Notes: generated from the letters alone by a model not told the origin. Positions 13,068 to 25,460 are shown, counted from the whole stretch's first letter. The stretch is DNA of 58,928 nucleotides, filler included, from Squatina squatina (GCA_031763465.1; 3 parts of 3 records of this genome joined end to end with filler, not necessarily neighbours in it), one strand, 5' to 3'. Made by a program: numbers and translations.

Positions 13068-15099
13068 NNNNNNNNNNNNNNNNNNNNNNNNNNNNNNNNN
13101 NNNNNNNNNNNNNNNNNNNNNNNNNNNNNNNNNNNNNNNNNNNNNNNNNNNNNNNNNNNNNNNNNNNTTGCAATGAATTAGTTTATCTGAGAGATACGCC
13201 AGATGGAAACAGAGCAGGAAATCTGATTTTTTTCTTTCTTTCTATAATTCTCTCCCCCTATCAAATTCAAGGCCTAACTATGACCGTATTTGTATGGTTT
13301 GTTGACATCAACTAAACCTGTTCATAAAGTGATCCCCTTGTGTCTTATTCCCAGGTATCTGCTATTCGATATGCACTCTGTACTGGCAATGGCATGACAC
13401 TGCCAGCACCTGCTTTATATTACAATGATGATTCAGAGTAGATGGCCCCTTTTCAACAAAATTGGAGGCTGCATCGGAAACTGGCCTCCATGCTTGCTAT
13501 TTGTGTCAAAGCACGGGCATCTTGAGATCAAATTAATATGAAGTGTTGAATACATTCAGAAATATTGATTTTGTTATAAAATCTGGCTTTACTGATGATT
13601 GCGTTTGAAGAGGGTATTGTCAGTAATAAAAATGCATCTATGGTGAATCTCTTGGTGCAATCTGTTTTCGATTCAGTTAGAAGCACGGAAAGTGCCTTCT
13701 AATTCCTTTTGAGCTGTTCACTTACCCTTCGCCAACTGAGCAACAGCCTGGTCAGAACTGCTATCAAGCTGCAGAAGGGATTACTCCTCTGATTCTCCCA
13801 GATGATACTCCATTAATCTATCAATTTGCAGGTGCTACAGATGATTCCATCTGATTTATGTGTGGAGCAAAAATAAACGCAGTTCTAGAGACAGTCAACG
13901 GCAGCATTTTAAAGAGCCTCACTTTCCAATGATATAGTTTTCGAGGGATTTGGCTGGTTTGTGCTCTCAGCCATGAGCCTTATTTGGTGGCATCACAAAT
14001 TGAAGATGATGGGGAGTTGTGCATGATTTTCATTTAATTTAATGGTCAGAAATTGTATAGAGCGTGCATTCGAATTTCCGGTATACAATTCCAGTGACTG
14101 AGGCTTCCCACCAGGAATATTGAATGGGACAATTATCCCTAGAGTCTCAGCCTATTGCTGTGCTGGTGACATGATTTAATCATAAGTATAATCTGGCGTT
14201 ATTACATTGGCCAATATTTAGTTTGTTAATGATTTCTACAGTAGGCATATGAAATTATTAGTTATTTCCTTGAGTTGCCCTCTGCTGATTTGTAGAACAG
14301 CGGCCCGTTATGGAAATGGAAATCGGGCAGCAAGTTGTTTAGCCTGAGCTCCAGCAGTAAAACACTGGACTCCCATCAGCATGTGTCTTTGTTAAAGTTC
14401 CATCCTTTAATGTTACCTAAACACAATTACTGTTCATATGAGTCTTTGTTGGCAATTTACCATTCAGGCCACAAGATGTAGCAACTTCGTCATAAGTGGA
14501 GTGGAGTCAGTGTTGGGTGAGGGAGGTAGGTGCAGCGATCCAAACCCTCAGTAATGCATCTTCTGCCAATGGAGAATAGCGCTTATAGTTTCTAAATTCA
14601 AGATCCCGATCCTCGTCTTCCAGTTGAAGGAAGAGAGTGGAGATAAAAGATAAATTATTTAAAATATCAAATCTAACCTCGCCTTTATCATGAAACAGAC
14701 CCTGGTTTGCTCACTGAGTTGGGGGAGTAAGCTTTCTCTTACTTGACTTTAGTCTTTCTATCACTGCTTCTCTTCTTCTACCCCTCCTGCTTTTTGCTTC
14801 TGTTTCTTTTTTTCTTTTCCATTTCCCTCTCTCCCTGTCCCCTCTTCTGCTATCCTTTCTATCCTTTGTTGCTTCTCACTCTTTTTTTCTTTCTAACGTT
14901 TTCTTCCCTTTTGGGTGGGAGGCGGTGGGTGGTATAGAATATTGTACCAGTCAGGGAAGAGATTTGTCCAGAGTCAAGGGCCAGCGAGTCACAGATGAAT
15001 TTTGGGCAATAGGTGGCCACTGGTGAATGGGAAGTAATTGAGAAAGGACCTTATGAAAGCAAATAAGATATTAAGTTGTATCATTAAGGTAAATCTGGA

Positions 15100-15325
15100 G
15101 CAGTTCAAACTAAGCCAAGACAATAGAACAATAGGCCATGGCTTGAAGCTGGTGAAATGCCAAATTCAAGAAACATTTCTTTACACAAAAGGGCTGTCGG
15201 AGTATGGAATGCTTTGCCACAAGGAGTGGTTGAGGCAGAGACCACTGCAATCTATTAAGAAAAAAATTGGATAAATATTAGAAGCAGAGAAAGATAGGAA
15301 GAGCACAGGGCAGTGGGATTAGTTC
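15100..15325 (+). mobile_element. Degenerate CR1-like LINE 3' fragment
   Basis: Frameshifted remnants of CR1 ORF2 C-terminal motifs (RTIGHGLKL, FFTQRxVxxWNALPQGVVEAE). Confidence 0.65.
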
Positions 15326-16129
15326 AGGGTAATTCGACTGTGAAGCTCCCATAATTCTGAGTGCTGCAGTGAAGGACCACGAGGCTGATCCCCAGTTTCA
15401 GGTGACTGAATTGTAACCAAAGGCCAGACGAACTGAGGCTCTTCGACCTTGAAAGGAGGCGCTTAGATGTTTCCTCAGTGGGATGGAAAAGGTAAAGTCC
15501 AGGGCTGCATTTCAAGTTTATCCTCGCCTGCATGACCAGGGAACATAGGCAATGTTCCCTCTAATTTTCTTTTTGGGTGCACAGCTCTTTAATGGGCTTC
15601 GCCGCCCATTCAAATTTCCGTGAATGCACGATTATTCCACTCAAGAGCCGGTGACCGGCCTGCGTGAGGCGTCCAGACCATTGAACGCAGGTACAAACGA
15701 GTAAAAAGNNNNNNNNNNNNNNNNNNNNNNNNNNNNNNNNNNNNNNNNNNNNNNNNNNNNNNNNNNNNNNNNNNNNNNNNNNNNNNNNNNNNNNNNNNNN
15801 NNNNNNNNTATTGGGTAAAGGGAGCCGATTACTTGTTGACATGCTGCCTTTTCCAAAGAATTACTTGGTGCACATATGCAAAGCTGAACACGCATTCAGC
15901 ATCATGAAGGACCCCCAGCCAATGCTTTTTAAAGGGATCATAAACTACGTACAGGTTAGTAGCTGGTTGATTTCTTCTGGCTGTTGGTACGATTCTACAA
16001 ATGTTTGGTGCTTTCTATACTTGTCTCAAGTTGCCAAAGTTTACAGGGAGTGGTGTGGTAGCTGCTGAANNNNNNNNNNGCCAGACCTAGGTCCACAAGT
16101 AGAAATTCCCCTTGGAATACAGCATGGCT

Positions 16130-16385
16130 TGGAATATAGCATGACTTGGAGAATGAACAAAGGTGACACAGAGCAGGATAAGCTGTTGGAAGAGGGAGCA
16201 GGAGGAGGGGGCCAAGGGCTGCTTGCAGGAGGACATATCCGCCCAGGGTGTTCTGGGAACAATCCTCCTGGCTCAACGTCAGTGAGGAACAATGTGTGAG
16301 ACCTCTGCGCTTCAGCAAGGATGTCCTCACTGAAACCTATCACCTGCAGCAACCACAACTGCCAGTGGCTGTGAAGGTGCAACAT
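16130..16385 (+). mobile_element. PIF/Harbinger transposase 5' fragment (HARBI1-like), degenerate
   Basis: Reads YPPRVFWEQSSWLNVSEEQCVRPLRFSKDVLTETYHLQQPQLPVAVKV, typical of the Harbinger transposase N-terminus; similar to the copy at 31590-32150. Confidence 0.75.
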
Positions 16386-16413
16386 CTCACAGTTTGCTGC
16401 CCACTGTTACGTA

Positions 16414-16513
16414 NNNNNNNNNNNNNNNNNNNNNNNNNNNNNNNNNNNNNNNNNNNNTTAATTAATTAANNNNNNNNNNNNNNNNNNNNNNNNNNNNNNN
16501 NNNNNNNNNNNNN
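16414..16513. other. Artificial scaffold-join linker (N44-TTAATTAATTAA-N44)
   Basis: 12-mer with stops in all six frames at 16458-16469, centred in a 100-base spacer; gene content changes from WDR11 to DCUN1D4 across it. Confidence 0.95.
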
Positions 16514-16603
16514 AAGTGATCAACAAGGACCAGTGGTGCAATGTGCTCGAATTTAGCAGAACAATTAACCTTGATCTTAGCAACTATGATGAAGATGGGG
16601 CTT
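16514..16603 (+). CDS. DCUN1D4: DCUN1D4 penultimate exon (5'-truncated at linker)
   Basis: [29 protein letters not shown](W), C-terminal DCN1/PONY domain; WCNV and RTINLD fit DCUN1D4 rather than DCUN1D5; GTAAGT donor at 16604. Confidence 0.93.
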
Positions 16604-18305
16604 GTAAGTACATTAGTTGGATCTCTTTAACTGTCTTTATTCTCTCCTTGTCTTTTTCCCTTTAGCGTCCATGGCTGAGGGAGTGAGCAACAACTGACTG
16701 CTGAAAATGATGTTCTGAGATCTGATGCTGGAAGGTGTACAGAACTAGTCAGTGATGACTTTTCCTAAAATNNNNNNNNNNAAAATTTTCCCCTTCCTAC
16801 AAGGAAGCACTAAGTCCATTTCTCAGCCTCTCCACATAGCAGTGAAATGGAGATTGGGAACTTGATGTGAATGGATTGCAGGTGTAAACCAGCATTCCAC
16901 CATTTTGTAGTTCACCAAAGCTTTACCATTGCTTTATTTTTAAGAAAAAATTCAGTTCTAAATAAAACATTTTTTTTAGGTAATACATGCACTTGGATAA
17001 ATTACTATATTGGAGTTAGCGTATATTAGTTCTGATGCAGTAGCTTTTAAAGTTTTTTTTGTTTATTTTTAACTCAAAAAAAAAACTTCATATCAAGCTA
17101 GATAGAGGCAGAAAATTAATTACTTAGTTCATATTTGAAAATGTGCTTCCCTTCTTTACCATCCCAGTAGACTCATTTAATTATTTTAAAGAGTAGTAAC
17201 GCACATTGCTGTGCCACTAGTTTCAACTATTTTCTGTATCCTGCCATCTTTCTGTTTTTCTCCAGAGCTGAGTTCTGGAGAAGTCTTCTTTGCAGATGAG
17301 CACTCTGCTCTTTTACTAGATTAAACACTTGAAGTTGGCTTTATAGTATTATTGGGTAGCACTTGGCAGTCATCCATGCCACTCATCGTGTGGAGCGATT
17401 ACTTTTACTTTTATGACCTGCTTTATTCAAAACTCTTATCATTTTTCTATTCCTGATTTATGTTCCTCTTGTGAGAACAAGAATCTTGTACAGAAAGCTC
17501 ATGTCAAACACTTTTGAGTCTTCTAATTTTAGCATTGATGCTAATTGTTATACAGTGATACTAATACTGGAGGTAGTTTAGTAGTTTCACATCATTTGTA
17601 TAAAGATTTTTTGACCTTCAAAATTCCAAGTTATTGTACTGCTTAGCCAGTATACCTGCCAATTGTGGCACCAAGCTTGTAGATGCACATGGTCAATGAA
17701 TCTACCCACAAGTGTCTAAAAAGACTTGGATAGCATGCCTCTAGGTAGGCTAGCTCATTAGAGGGCCCCAGAATTACACACTAAAGCACACAACAGACTC
17801 TTGCAGTTGAGCACTACCCCTTACTAAAGATGAGATGTAAGCTGCTGTGCTACAAAAGCAGCTGTTCACTCTTTGGACTTTAATACAATCTATGANNNNN
17901 NNNNNNNNNNNNNNNNNNNNNNNNNNNNNNNNNNNNNNNNNNNNNNNNNNNNNNNNNNNNNNNNNNNNNNNNNNNNNNNNNNNNNNNNNNNNNNNTCTGG
18001 TGCCTAAACCCTGCTATCTATTTAGTTGCCTTCCTGCCTCAGGATGTCCAAACCCAGGGTGTTCCCATTGTAGTACAGTGACCAAAATTGTATGCCATAT
18101 TCCAGATGGAGTTAAACCAGTGCTATATATAAACTTACTGTTGTCATCTTTTAGATGCCTATAACACCATGTGAAAGTTCACTAAGGAAATACAATGGTT
18201 TTAAAGCTGCACAATTTGTGTTTAGTATATTTAATGGTGGATAAATCTACATTGTTATGAATTCTGGTTGTAATATTAAATTCTAATTTAATTGCTTTCT
18301 TTCAG

Positions 18306-18361
18306 GGCCAGTCTTATTGGATGAATTTGTGGAATGGTTTAAAGACAGACAGATGTCCTAG
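18306..18361 (+). CDS. DCUN1D4: DCUN1D4 terminal coding exon
   Basis: tttctttcag acceptor; (W)PVLLDEFVEWFKDRQMS-stop (TAG 18359-18361); phase 1 completes TGG; followed by a long AT-rich putative 3'UTR. Confidence 0.95.
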
Positions 18362-21271
18362 CACTTTTGATTCAGAAACAACAGCCCAACATCCATATTC
18401 AACATTAGCCATAAAAGACCTAAGAAAACAGATTTGAAATGCATTTTTGTTTGTGTTTTCCCCCTCCCAAAATAATTCTGACTTGCTGAAAGCATTAAAT
18501 NNNNNNNNNNNNNNNNNNNNNNNNNNNNNNNNNNNNNNNNNNNNNNNNNNNNNNNNNNNNNNNNNNNNNNNNNNNNNNNNNNNNNNNNNNNNNNNNNNNN
18601 NNTGTCCAATGACTTTAAATGTTTCTCAGCAGGCAAGTGATATCTTGCTGTTGACATTGTGAATTCTGTGTTGTAAGCTGTTTCATGCAGAAACCTTTTT
18701 CCAGAGGGATTGTGAATTTCAATGAGAATTGTATTAAATGGTTAAAAGTCTTAGATGAATATTTGTTGAAAAGACTTTTTAATCTTATCCAGTGTATGAT
18801 GCAAGTAGAACTGTTCTGTACAACTTAACTGATGAAACTCAAGATTAGATTTTTTAAGTATAAATTGTTGGGCAATGGTATAACATTGTTTTGATTCGCT
18901 GCACCTAGCTGTGATCTGTTGAAATGACTAATGCACCATATGGGTTTTTTAGCCCTAATTTTTGCCTTGTACTCCTAGCTAATAGGCTGGGCTGCTATTT
19001 TTTTGTTTTGATTTGTACAACTAGCTGCAAACATTAAATTGCCCATTCAGTGGGCACATAAGCTTGATAATGTTACCAAGTTTGCACGTTTTAAAGTTAT
19101 TAGAATGTATGAATGTCAGATGTACAGACCAACTAGTATTCAGGTATATGTTTAGAATCATGTGTACGATTTCCCCCACCCCCACCCTGTACCACTTACT
19201 GATGAGAAAAGTGCTGATTTATTTTAATCATCATGTTTTTTTTTAATCCAGTGTTACAGGTCAACTGCATTAATGTAACTTTGCTGGCTTGGCTTTCATT
19301 TAGACATTGGATTGAGATTAATGTTACCTGTATCATAATATGACTATGCCATTAAAGCTACCTTTTGACCATGTCAGCAAGTGAAAGTCTGTACATCTGA
19401 AATGTGATTTTCTAGTGTTACATTTTTCTGTTGCCTTAGACAACTTCCACCAAAGACCATGGTTATTGCCTATCTACCCGTACACAAACAAGTAATAAAA
19501 TCTGGTCACCTCTTGTATTGCATCTTTCCCTATACCAATAGACTTCATTGTATGCCACAGTATCTGTTTTCTATTAACATGATTCACAAATTCCTATTGA
19601 TTTGGAAAGTGATAAGAACTTTTGCCTGTGAAATGGGGCACAGTATTGGAGGGATAACATAGAAGCTATTTAACTTTAAATTACTATCAATAATGGAACA
19701 TCTTTATTAATGCTGGAAAACAAAATTATGCCATTAAGGTAAATGTATTATTTGAGGCTATAATGCACAAGGATCGGACTGTTCCAAAATAAACTTTCCC
19801 TATTAACCCCTGTAAATGGTATCCTACTAAAATGTGAAGACGTAGATGGGGCCATTTTAGTACATTTATTTTCAGTCTAGCATATAAACAAGATAATGTT
19901 AATTGCACTTCCATTAATTAAGAAAAATGCTACTTTAAATATCTGCTATACAGACAGTACATGGTATTACTAAGCATTTTAATGCACCTGTAAGTCAGTT
20001 TTTGCTAATCTGGTTCAATATTAGAGGGGTGATTTTAAAGCCATGTGAAGTGGAACAGTTTTTTTTCTTAGCTGCTGTGAATTATTTCTAGACTTGTATT
20101 CAACTTCTTATGTTTTGTGTTGTGAAACGGACAGAATCATGCATATTGAAATGGGAACTTTTTAAGTGCCATGTACAATTGCCACTTCTGTTTGTTCTCT
20201 CCCAAAAGCATATAATGGAAAATGAAGTTTGATCAATTTCTTTTATTTAAAAAAAACTATGAAAAACTGTTACATTTCCATCTGCTGGTTGAGGTGTGTA
20301 AGACCACTCATACCACAAGTTCTATCCTCAGATTTAGAAATTAAAAGCTTCATGGAAGTGCAGTTTTAAGTGCCAGATTGTACAGCATGGAAAATTTAAA
20401 GGCTTTTGCTCTTTTTTTCCAACCACTACAAAGATGTACTTTGCATATGTTTTTGCATTTTAGATAGTCTCTTTAATACCAACACCATTAACTCCATTAA
20501 CTATGCTCAGTTTTACTGGCCTAGATTTTTTTTTTTAATCGATCAATAATACACAATCTCTTATTCAGTGTTGTCTTGGAATAATGTGATATACTTCATG
20601 GAGTTATTGATGCATTTTTAATTGTTAAAGATCAGCATCAATCTGATGTAGGATATGTTGAAGGGTAATCCAGATCAATCCCATATATTTGCTCATTTTG
20701 AAGTTGGTTTAGATGGGCTAAGTCAGCTAACCTAGGCTTTTCTTTTAAACTTGCTTTATTCGCTTATTTTACATTTATTCTCTGTTATTGCTATTATTTA
20801 TCCAGTGAATTGCTTAATTAAAGATGGCATAGTTGATTTTGAATGGATAAGTTCCCCAGAGCTTAGTATCTTTGCTTGGAGCAATATCATCTAAAAGGGA
20901 AGTAAGGCTTTGAATTATTCTGAACAGCCAACAAAATAGGGATTTTTATCAAAATAGAGAAAAAGTGTTTTTAATGATGAGTCTGAATAATCCTAATTTG
21001 AGAAAAGCATATTAAAAATGCAATAAATTGCGCTAAACTCTCAATGGTTTGATAGTTATATTCAGATTCAAACAAAATGAATCAACTGGCGAGGCAGGAT
21101 ATTGATTGAAGTGAAACCATTCTAATGAATTACGTATTATGGCCAAGGCAGCTTCCATGGGAAAATGGATGGAAGTGCAAAAATGTGGTTCCCAAACAAA
21201 AACATCCTGGAATCCCATGTAATAAAAATGGAATGAGAGTTATTGAATCACTGTAAACCAGTAGCTTTAAC

Positions 21272-21360
21272 TCACTCTCTCTGAGGCAGTCCCTCGGGTT
21301 CGAGGATGACTTGCTTCCACTCCGGAGTTGTGGGTTCTGAGGTGGCTAAATAGTCCAATG
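21272..21360 (-). mobile_element. RTE-clade LINE 3' end fragment
   Basis: aggcagtccctcgggttcgaggatgacttgcttccactc resembles the antisense 3' terminus of RTE elements, from recall; abuts a gap. Confidence 0.5.
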
Positions 21361-21460
21361 NNNNNNNNNNNNNNNNNNNNNNNNNNNNNNNNNNNNNNNN
21401 NNNNNNNNNNNNNNNNNNNNNNNNNNNNNNNNNNNNNNNNNNNNNNNNNNNNNNNNNNNN

Positions 21461-21571
21461 GAACACAGTTTTCTGGGTCCGGGGATCAACAAAAGACATG
21501 CCAATGTCACTGGTGATGGAGGTTTTGTCCTTCTCTACACTGAGCCTGGTTGTTCCCTGCTGAAACACCAC
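21461..21571 (-). CDS. SGCB: Beta-sarcoglycan internal exon (3'-truncated by gap)
   Basis: ccttttag acceptor; VVFQQGTTRLSVEKDKTSITSDIGMSFVDPRTQKTVF (cf. human IVFQQGTTKLSVENNKTSITSDIGMQFFDPRTQNILF); lies between DCUN1D4 and SPATA18 as in human. Confidence 0.93.
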
Positions 21572-22258
21572 CTAAAAGGAGCATAGAAACAAAAGTTATG
21601 ATTATAAATCCATAGGAGCATTAATATACAACACGAACAAGAATTGCACGAGAACTCATCCAGGTTTGTTTTTCTTTGCCACCTTTCAAGTTACCAAATA
21701 AATAATCTAAATAAGCATTTGCCTGATTGACACAGAGGAGCAGATCTTACAGTTGGATCCACAGACTTGCTCCAACAAGGTGAGTTTTCAATTTCAACTC
21801 TGCTGTCGGAAAGAGGCAGCAAATTTAAGCCAGACGCTTCCCACAGGGCAGGAAGAAAACATCCCAGATTACTCTTATGTACCTCATAAAGAACCATTGG
21901 GAGAGATAGGAAAGCAGGCCAATTACCTCTCCCCTCTCCTTCCAAAGATGAGGAATGGTATGTGGAACAAAGAAGCCTAAAAACAGAAATACAAAAAGGT
22001 GCCCACTTTCAGGAATACACTGCACTATAAAAAATACTAATAAACTATTAGTTAGCTACTGGATTTTAAACATTACACAAATTACAGATGACATAGTACT
22101 TACAATAATTCTTACAACTGGTTGTGTTTAAAGGTATTTGGGTCCAAAGTGTATGCCTNNNNNNNNNNNNNNNNNNNNNNNNNNNNNNNNNNNNNNNNNN
22201 NNNNNNNNNNNNNNNNNNNNNNNNNNNNNNNNNNNNNNNNNNNNNNNNNNNNNNNNNN

Positions 22259-22425
22259 TAGCATTTAAGGGGAGACTAGGCAAGCATATGAGGGAGAAGG
22301 AGATCGAGGGTTATGCTGATAGATTTAGATGAGGAAAGAAAGGAGGAGGCTCGAGTGAACCATAAACGTCGGCATGGACTGGTTGGGCTGAATGGTCTGT
22401 TTCTGTGCTGTATATCTCATGTAAT
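22259..22425 (+). mobile_element. CR1-like LINE 3' end
   Basis: AFKGRLGKHMREKEIEGY ORF2 C-terminus followed by the ggttgggctgaatggtctgtttctgtgctgta 3'UTR motif. Confidence 0.75.
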
Positions 22426-23896
22426 CCTACTAAGGTAAATAATAACAAAGATATATATTGTCTTTTTCTGGCATCAAGTCAAAGCAGTTTGCATTAATTG
22501 AACTGGTTAACAGTAATCGCCATCAATTTGGAAATCGAACTCTTTATCAAGTGTTGCTCCATCACAGAATCCAATTGGCTACTGGTTACCGAGACTTTAG
22601 TCATGACTAACAAAAGTCATTTTTCTGAGGTATTCGGACATTTCCTCACCTGTACCCTTAACGAAGGTTCCCTCTGGGCGACATCGAAAAGTAGAGTCAC
22701 CAAACAGAAGCTGAAGTTTTCGGCAACAGGAAGCTTTCCTGCAAGATAGAAAAAAATAATCAATTGCGAGTTCTTCCCCCTCCCTCCACCCCACCAACCA
22801 AATAGAAATATCTAAGCTGCGCCTTCAGCAACTTTCCATCATAAGTTATCAATCTGTGGCACTGTTACTCCCAGCAATGGTACAATGTGAAAAATTCATT
22901 TACATTTTTAAAGAGAGACAAATGTCGAACTTCAATACCATGGTGTTATAAGTTACAGAAACACAGTTTTATTGCCGCCTCATCTCTCTGAGTCACTCAT
23001 TAAATCCTAGACCAAAAGCCCATAGTTTCATGTCTATGCTCAATGTTGATGCTACATTCCCCCAGGAGTTAACCCTATGCAATGTGAATCCAATACTATG
23101 GCAAGTGACGTGCTTCCTGCTGGACATGAGCATGTACCTGTCTGCCATATTGGAGGCTTAGGGGGCCCGTTTAGCACTCGATAAATGGACACGGCACCAG
23201 TGAATTTGTAGGTAAAGGACCCTAAAATTTCATAGCGGTTCTACTGATCCCTCGCCTGAACTCTCAGGGTAATGGCTTAACTGGCGGCTTTCAGCCCCTG
23301 TGGAATTTCAGCTCCAAGATCTTCTTGTATAGGTGGTGAATATGTGATATAGCCTCTCCAAGGAGGCAGTGCAAGTGGAGGGTGGTCTCAATTCCAAGAC
23401 AATAACAAGTTGTGGCCTTTCAGATTGATCCAGTGGATGGAAATGGACCTTTCTGGTGTTCTTGGAGTGCATTAAGGGATTGGTTGAAACTAAAATTAAG
23501 TATGTATAGTACTTTTTCATCGGTAACCAAGATGTCCTGGAACTTGCTTTATTGCCTTAGGGAGTCGAGGAGTAATTTCCCGAGGTTTACTTGAAATTAG
23601 CCATAGGTTTTTCCTCTTTTTTTTTACCCCAGTGACACCAGCCAAGAGGAACCCTATAGACTACGTCCATTGTCCACCGTTGATGGGGCTGCTCTGTTTC
23701 CAGAGTAGGAGCTGTCGTTCGAGGAAAAAACAATTCAGTATTCTACTCTTATTGCATTAAAAAAAATAGGCAAGGAAGATGTTCCAAATCAGTCAGCAAA
23801 CATAGTAATTCCATCAAACACATTAAAGGCTAACTCACTGAATAAGTACTTAAACAAACAGTTGCGATTAACTTATTTTCACTTTGTTTTTAAAAG

Positions 23897-24012
23897 GTGG
23901 TGTTTATTCTGGTGTTGATACTATCAAATCCCGATTCCTGCCATGGCTTGGATCTAGCTTTACCGTCATTACCTCAGGGGTGACCTCTGACACCAGCCTT
24001 ACTCTCATGCAG
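23897..24012 (+). CDS. SPATA18: SPATA18 (MIEAP) internal exon
   Basis: (G)GVYSGVDTIKSRFLPWLGSSFTVITSGVTSDTSLTLMQ (cf. human GGRNDGVETIKSRLLPWLEASFT); AG acceptor, GTATGT donor at 24013. Confidence 0.9.
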
Positions 24013-24119
24013 GTATGTAAATATATAACCTGAATGACTCCTGTTCTTGCATTTAAAAATCTCTGCTGATCATGTGTCCAGAACTTAATTTTCACCCACT
24101 AGCAAAAAAAATTGTTACA

Positions 24120-24400
24120 GCAGGGCATCTAAAGGCGTCTACCCTGCACCCTTCAGCTCAAAACGTTGTTGCCCGCAAAGTTGCTGAAAATGTGAGCTGA
24201 TAACGATGGTGAGGGAAACAGGGCATCTGTAACCTGAATGAACAGGGCAACCAACAGGGTATTTCAACTAATCAAATTTAAGGATTGAGAAATAAACAGT
24301 GGAAGGACTGAGAGGAGGGTGAATTAGAAGGGGTGAACTCAATGTCAAATCAGGTATAGAAAGAGAAATAGAGGGCGAAAGGTTATTAAGACAAAGAAAC
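24120..24400 (+). repeat. Interspersed repeat, homologous to 47185-47480
   Basis: Colinear shared blocks seen by eye (aagttgctgaaa, gagggaaac, tcaatgtcaaatcagg, gaaagagaaata) on two different scaffolds. Confidence 0.75.
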
Positions 24401-25066
24401 AANNNNNNNNNNNNNNNNNNNNNNNNNNNNNNNNNNNNNNNNNNNNNNNNNNNNNNNNNNNNNNNNNNNNNNNNNNNNNNNNNNNNNNNNNNNNNNNNNN
24501 NNAATTAGACTGCTGTTTTGCACGGGGGGCACTGATGTCATCATCACCGTGTGCTGATGAGCGCCGCGCTGCCGGCAGGAGCGGGGCACTGCATGTCCGC
24601 GCCGCCGCAAATCGCCAGCCGAATTCTGCAGGAGGCGGCTGCATCATCACGGACGAGCACAAACCCCTCCTGGAGATGCTAACCGGGTGAGTTCGGAACT
24701 GGAATTTGGGTCCCCTACTCTTTTTAAACTTGGTGGCATTCTGTCTTAGGGACTTGTTCTTTCAGCAAAATTCCTCAATAACAGAGAGTGAAACAACAAC
24801 AACTCGTTTTCAATTACAGGGCCAGTTCCTTGTAGTGTCTGGCCAGATGTAACTTATCACTTGTACACGTGAATNNNNNNNNNNGTGTCTTTGAAAGTCA
24901 AGGGGAGGTGGTTGGGCTGTCCTTTATTTGACATGATCATTTCCTGACAATAATGTGCTACAAATTGACCATTTGGAGGTCTGTTCAGAACTTACAAGCC
25001 AGCACTATGGGCATTTTGTTCCTTAGTTTATTAAACTGGGTCATTGTTGGTTTCTCTATGCTGTAG

Positions 25067-25162
25067 GTTAGCAGAAGCTCATCTGGAACTAGATGATACT
25101 CAGAACAAATCAGCTGCAACATTCCTGGTAACAGAGGATGAAATCGTTCAACTGAGAGCTGA
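25067..25162 (+). CDS. SPATA18: SPATA18 internal exon (coiled coil)
   Basis: ctgtag acceptor; LAEAHLELDDTQNKSAATFLVTEDEIVQLRA(E) (cf. human LVETEKNLEESKNRSAISLLAAEEEINQLKK); GTAAG donor at 25163; phase 2 joins 25982. Confidence 0.88.
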
Positions 25163-25387
25163 GTAAGCTTCAAGTCTTTAAATAATCTTTGTCAATTTTT
25201 TGCAGTGAAAAATGTGTTGCATTGAAAGATAGAGGGATGTCGGTCCAACTGTTGATTCATTTTGGTACATGAGATCCTGATGGATGTCAACTTCAGCTTG
25301 GATACAGTCCTTTGGGACTATGCTGAGAAGGGATGAAGGACTTTTTGCCCTTTTATTCCACCTTTCTTCAATCATAGCAAAGCCCCA

Positions 25388-25460
25388 GTGCAGGCTAAAC
25401 TCGTGGCATATAAGGCATGTGTACTAACAGTTCTCCTTTATGGCTCAGAACTCTTCACAT
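25388..25460 (+). mobile_element. Short RTE-like LINE RT C-terminal fragment
   Basis: AKLVAYKACVLTVLLYGSE matches the RTE-type KLxVYxAxVxxxLLYGSE motif. Confidence 0.55.

Noticed and set aside
14743-14937. Hydrophobic Phe/Leu-rich ORF
   Set aside because: Translation of a low-complexity CT-rich tract
22650-22738. Minus-strand 89-nt exon-like unit (cttgcag|...|GTGAG)
   Set aside because: No frame matches SGCB or LRRC66 as recalled, it lies antisense within the SPATA18 contig, and it has no partner exon; chance splice motifs are common
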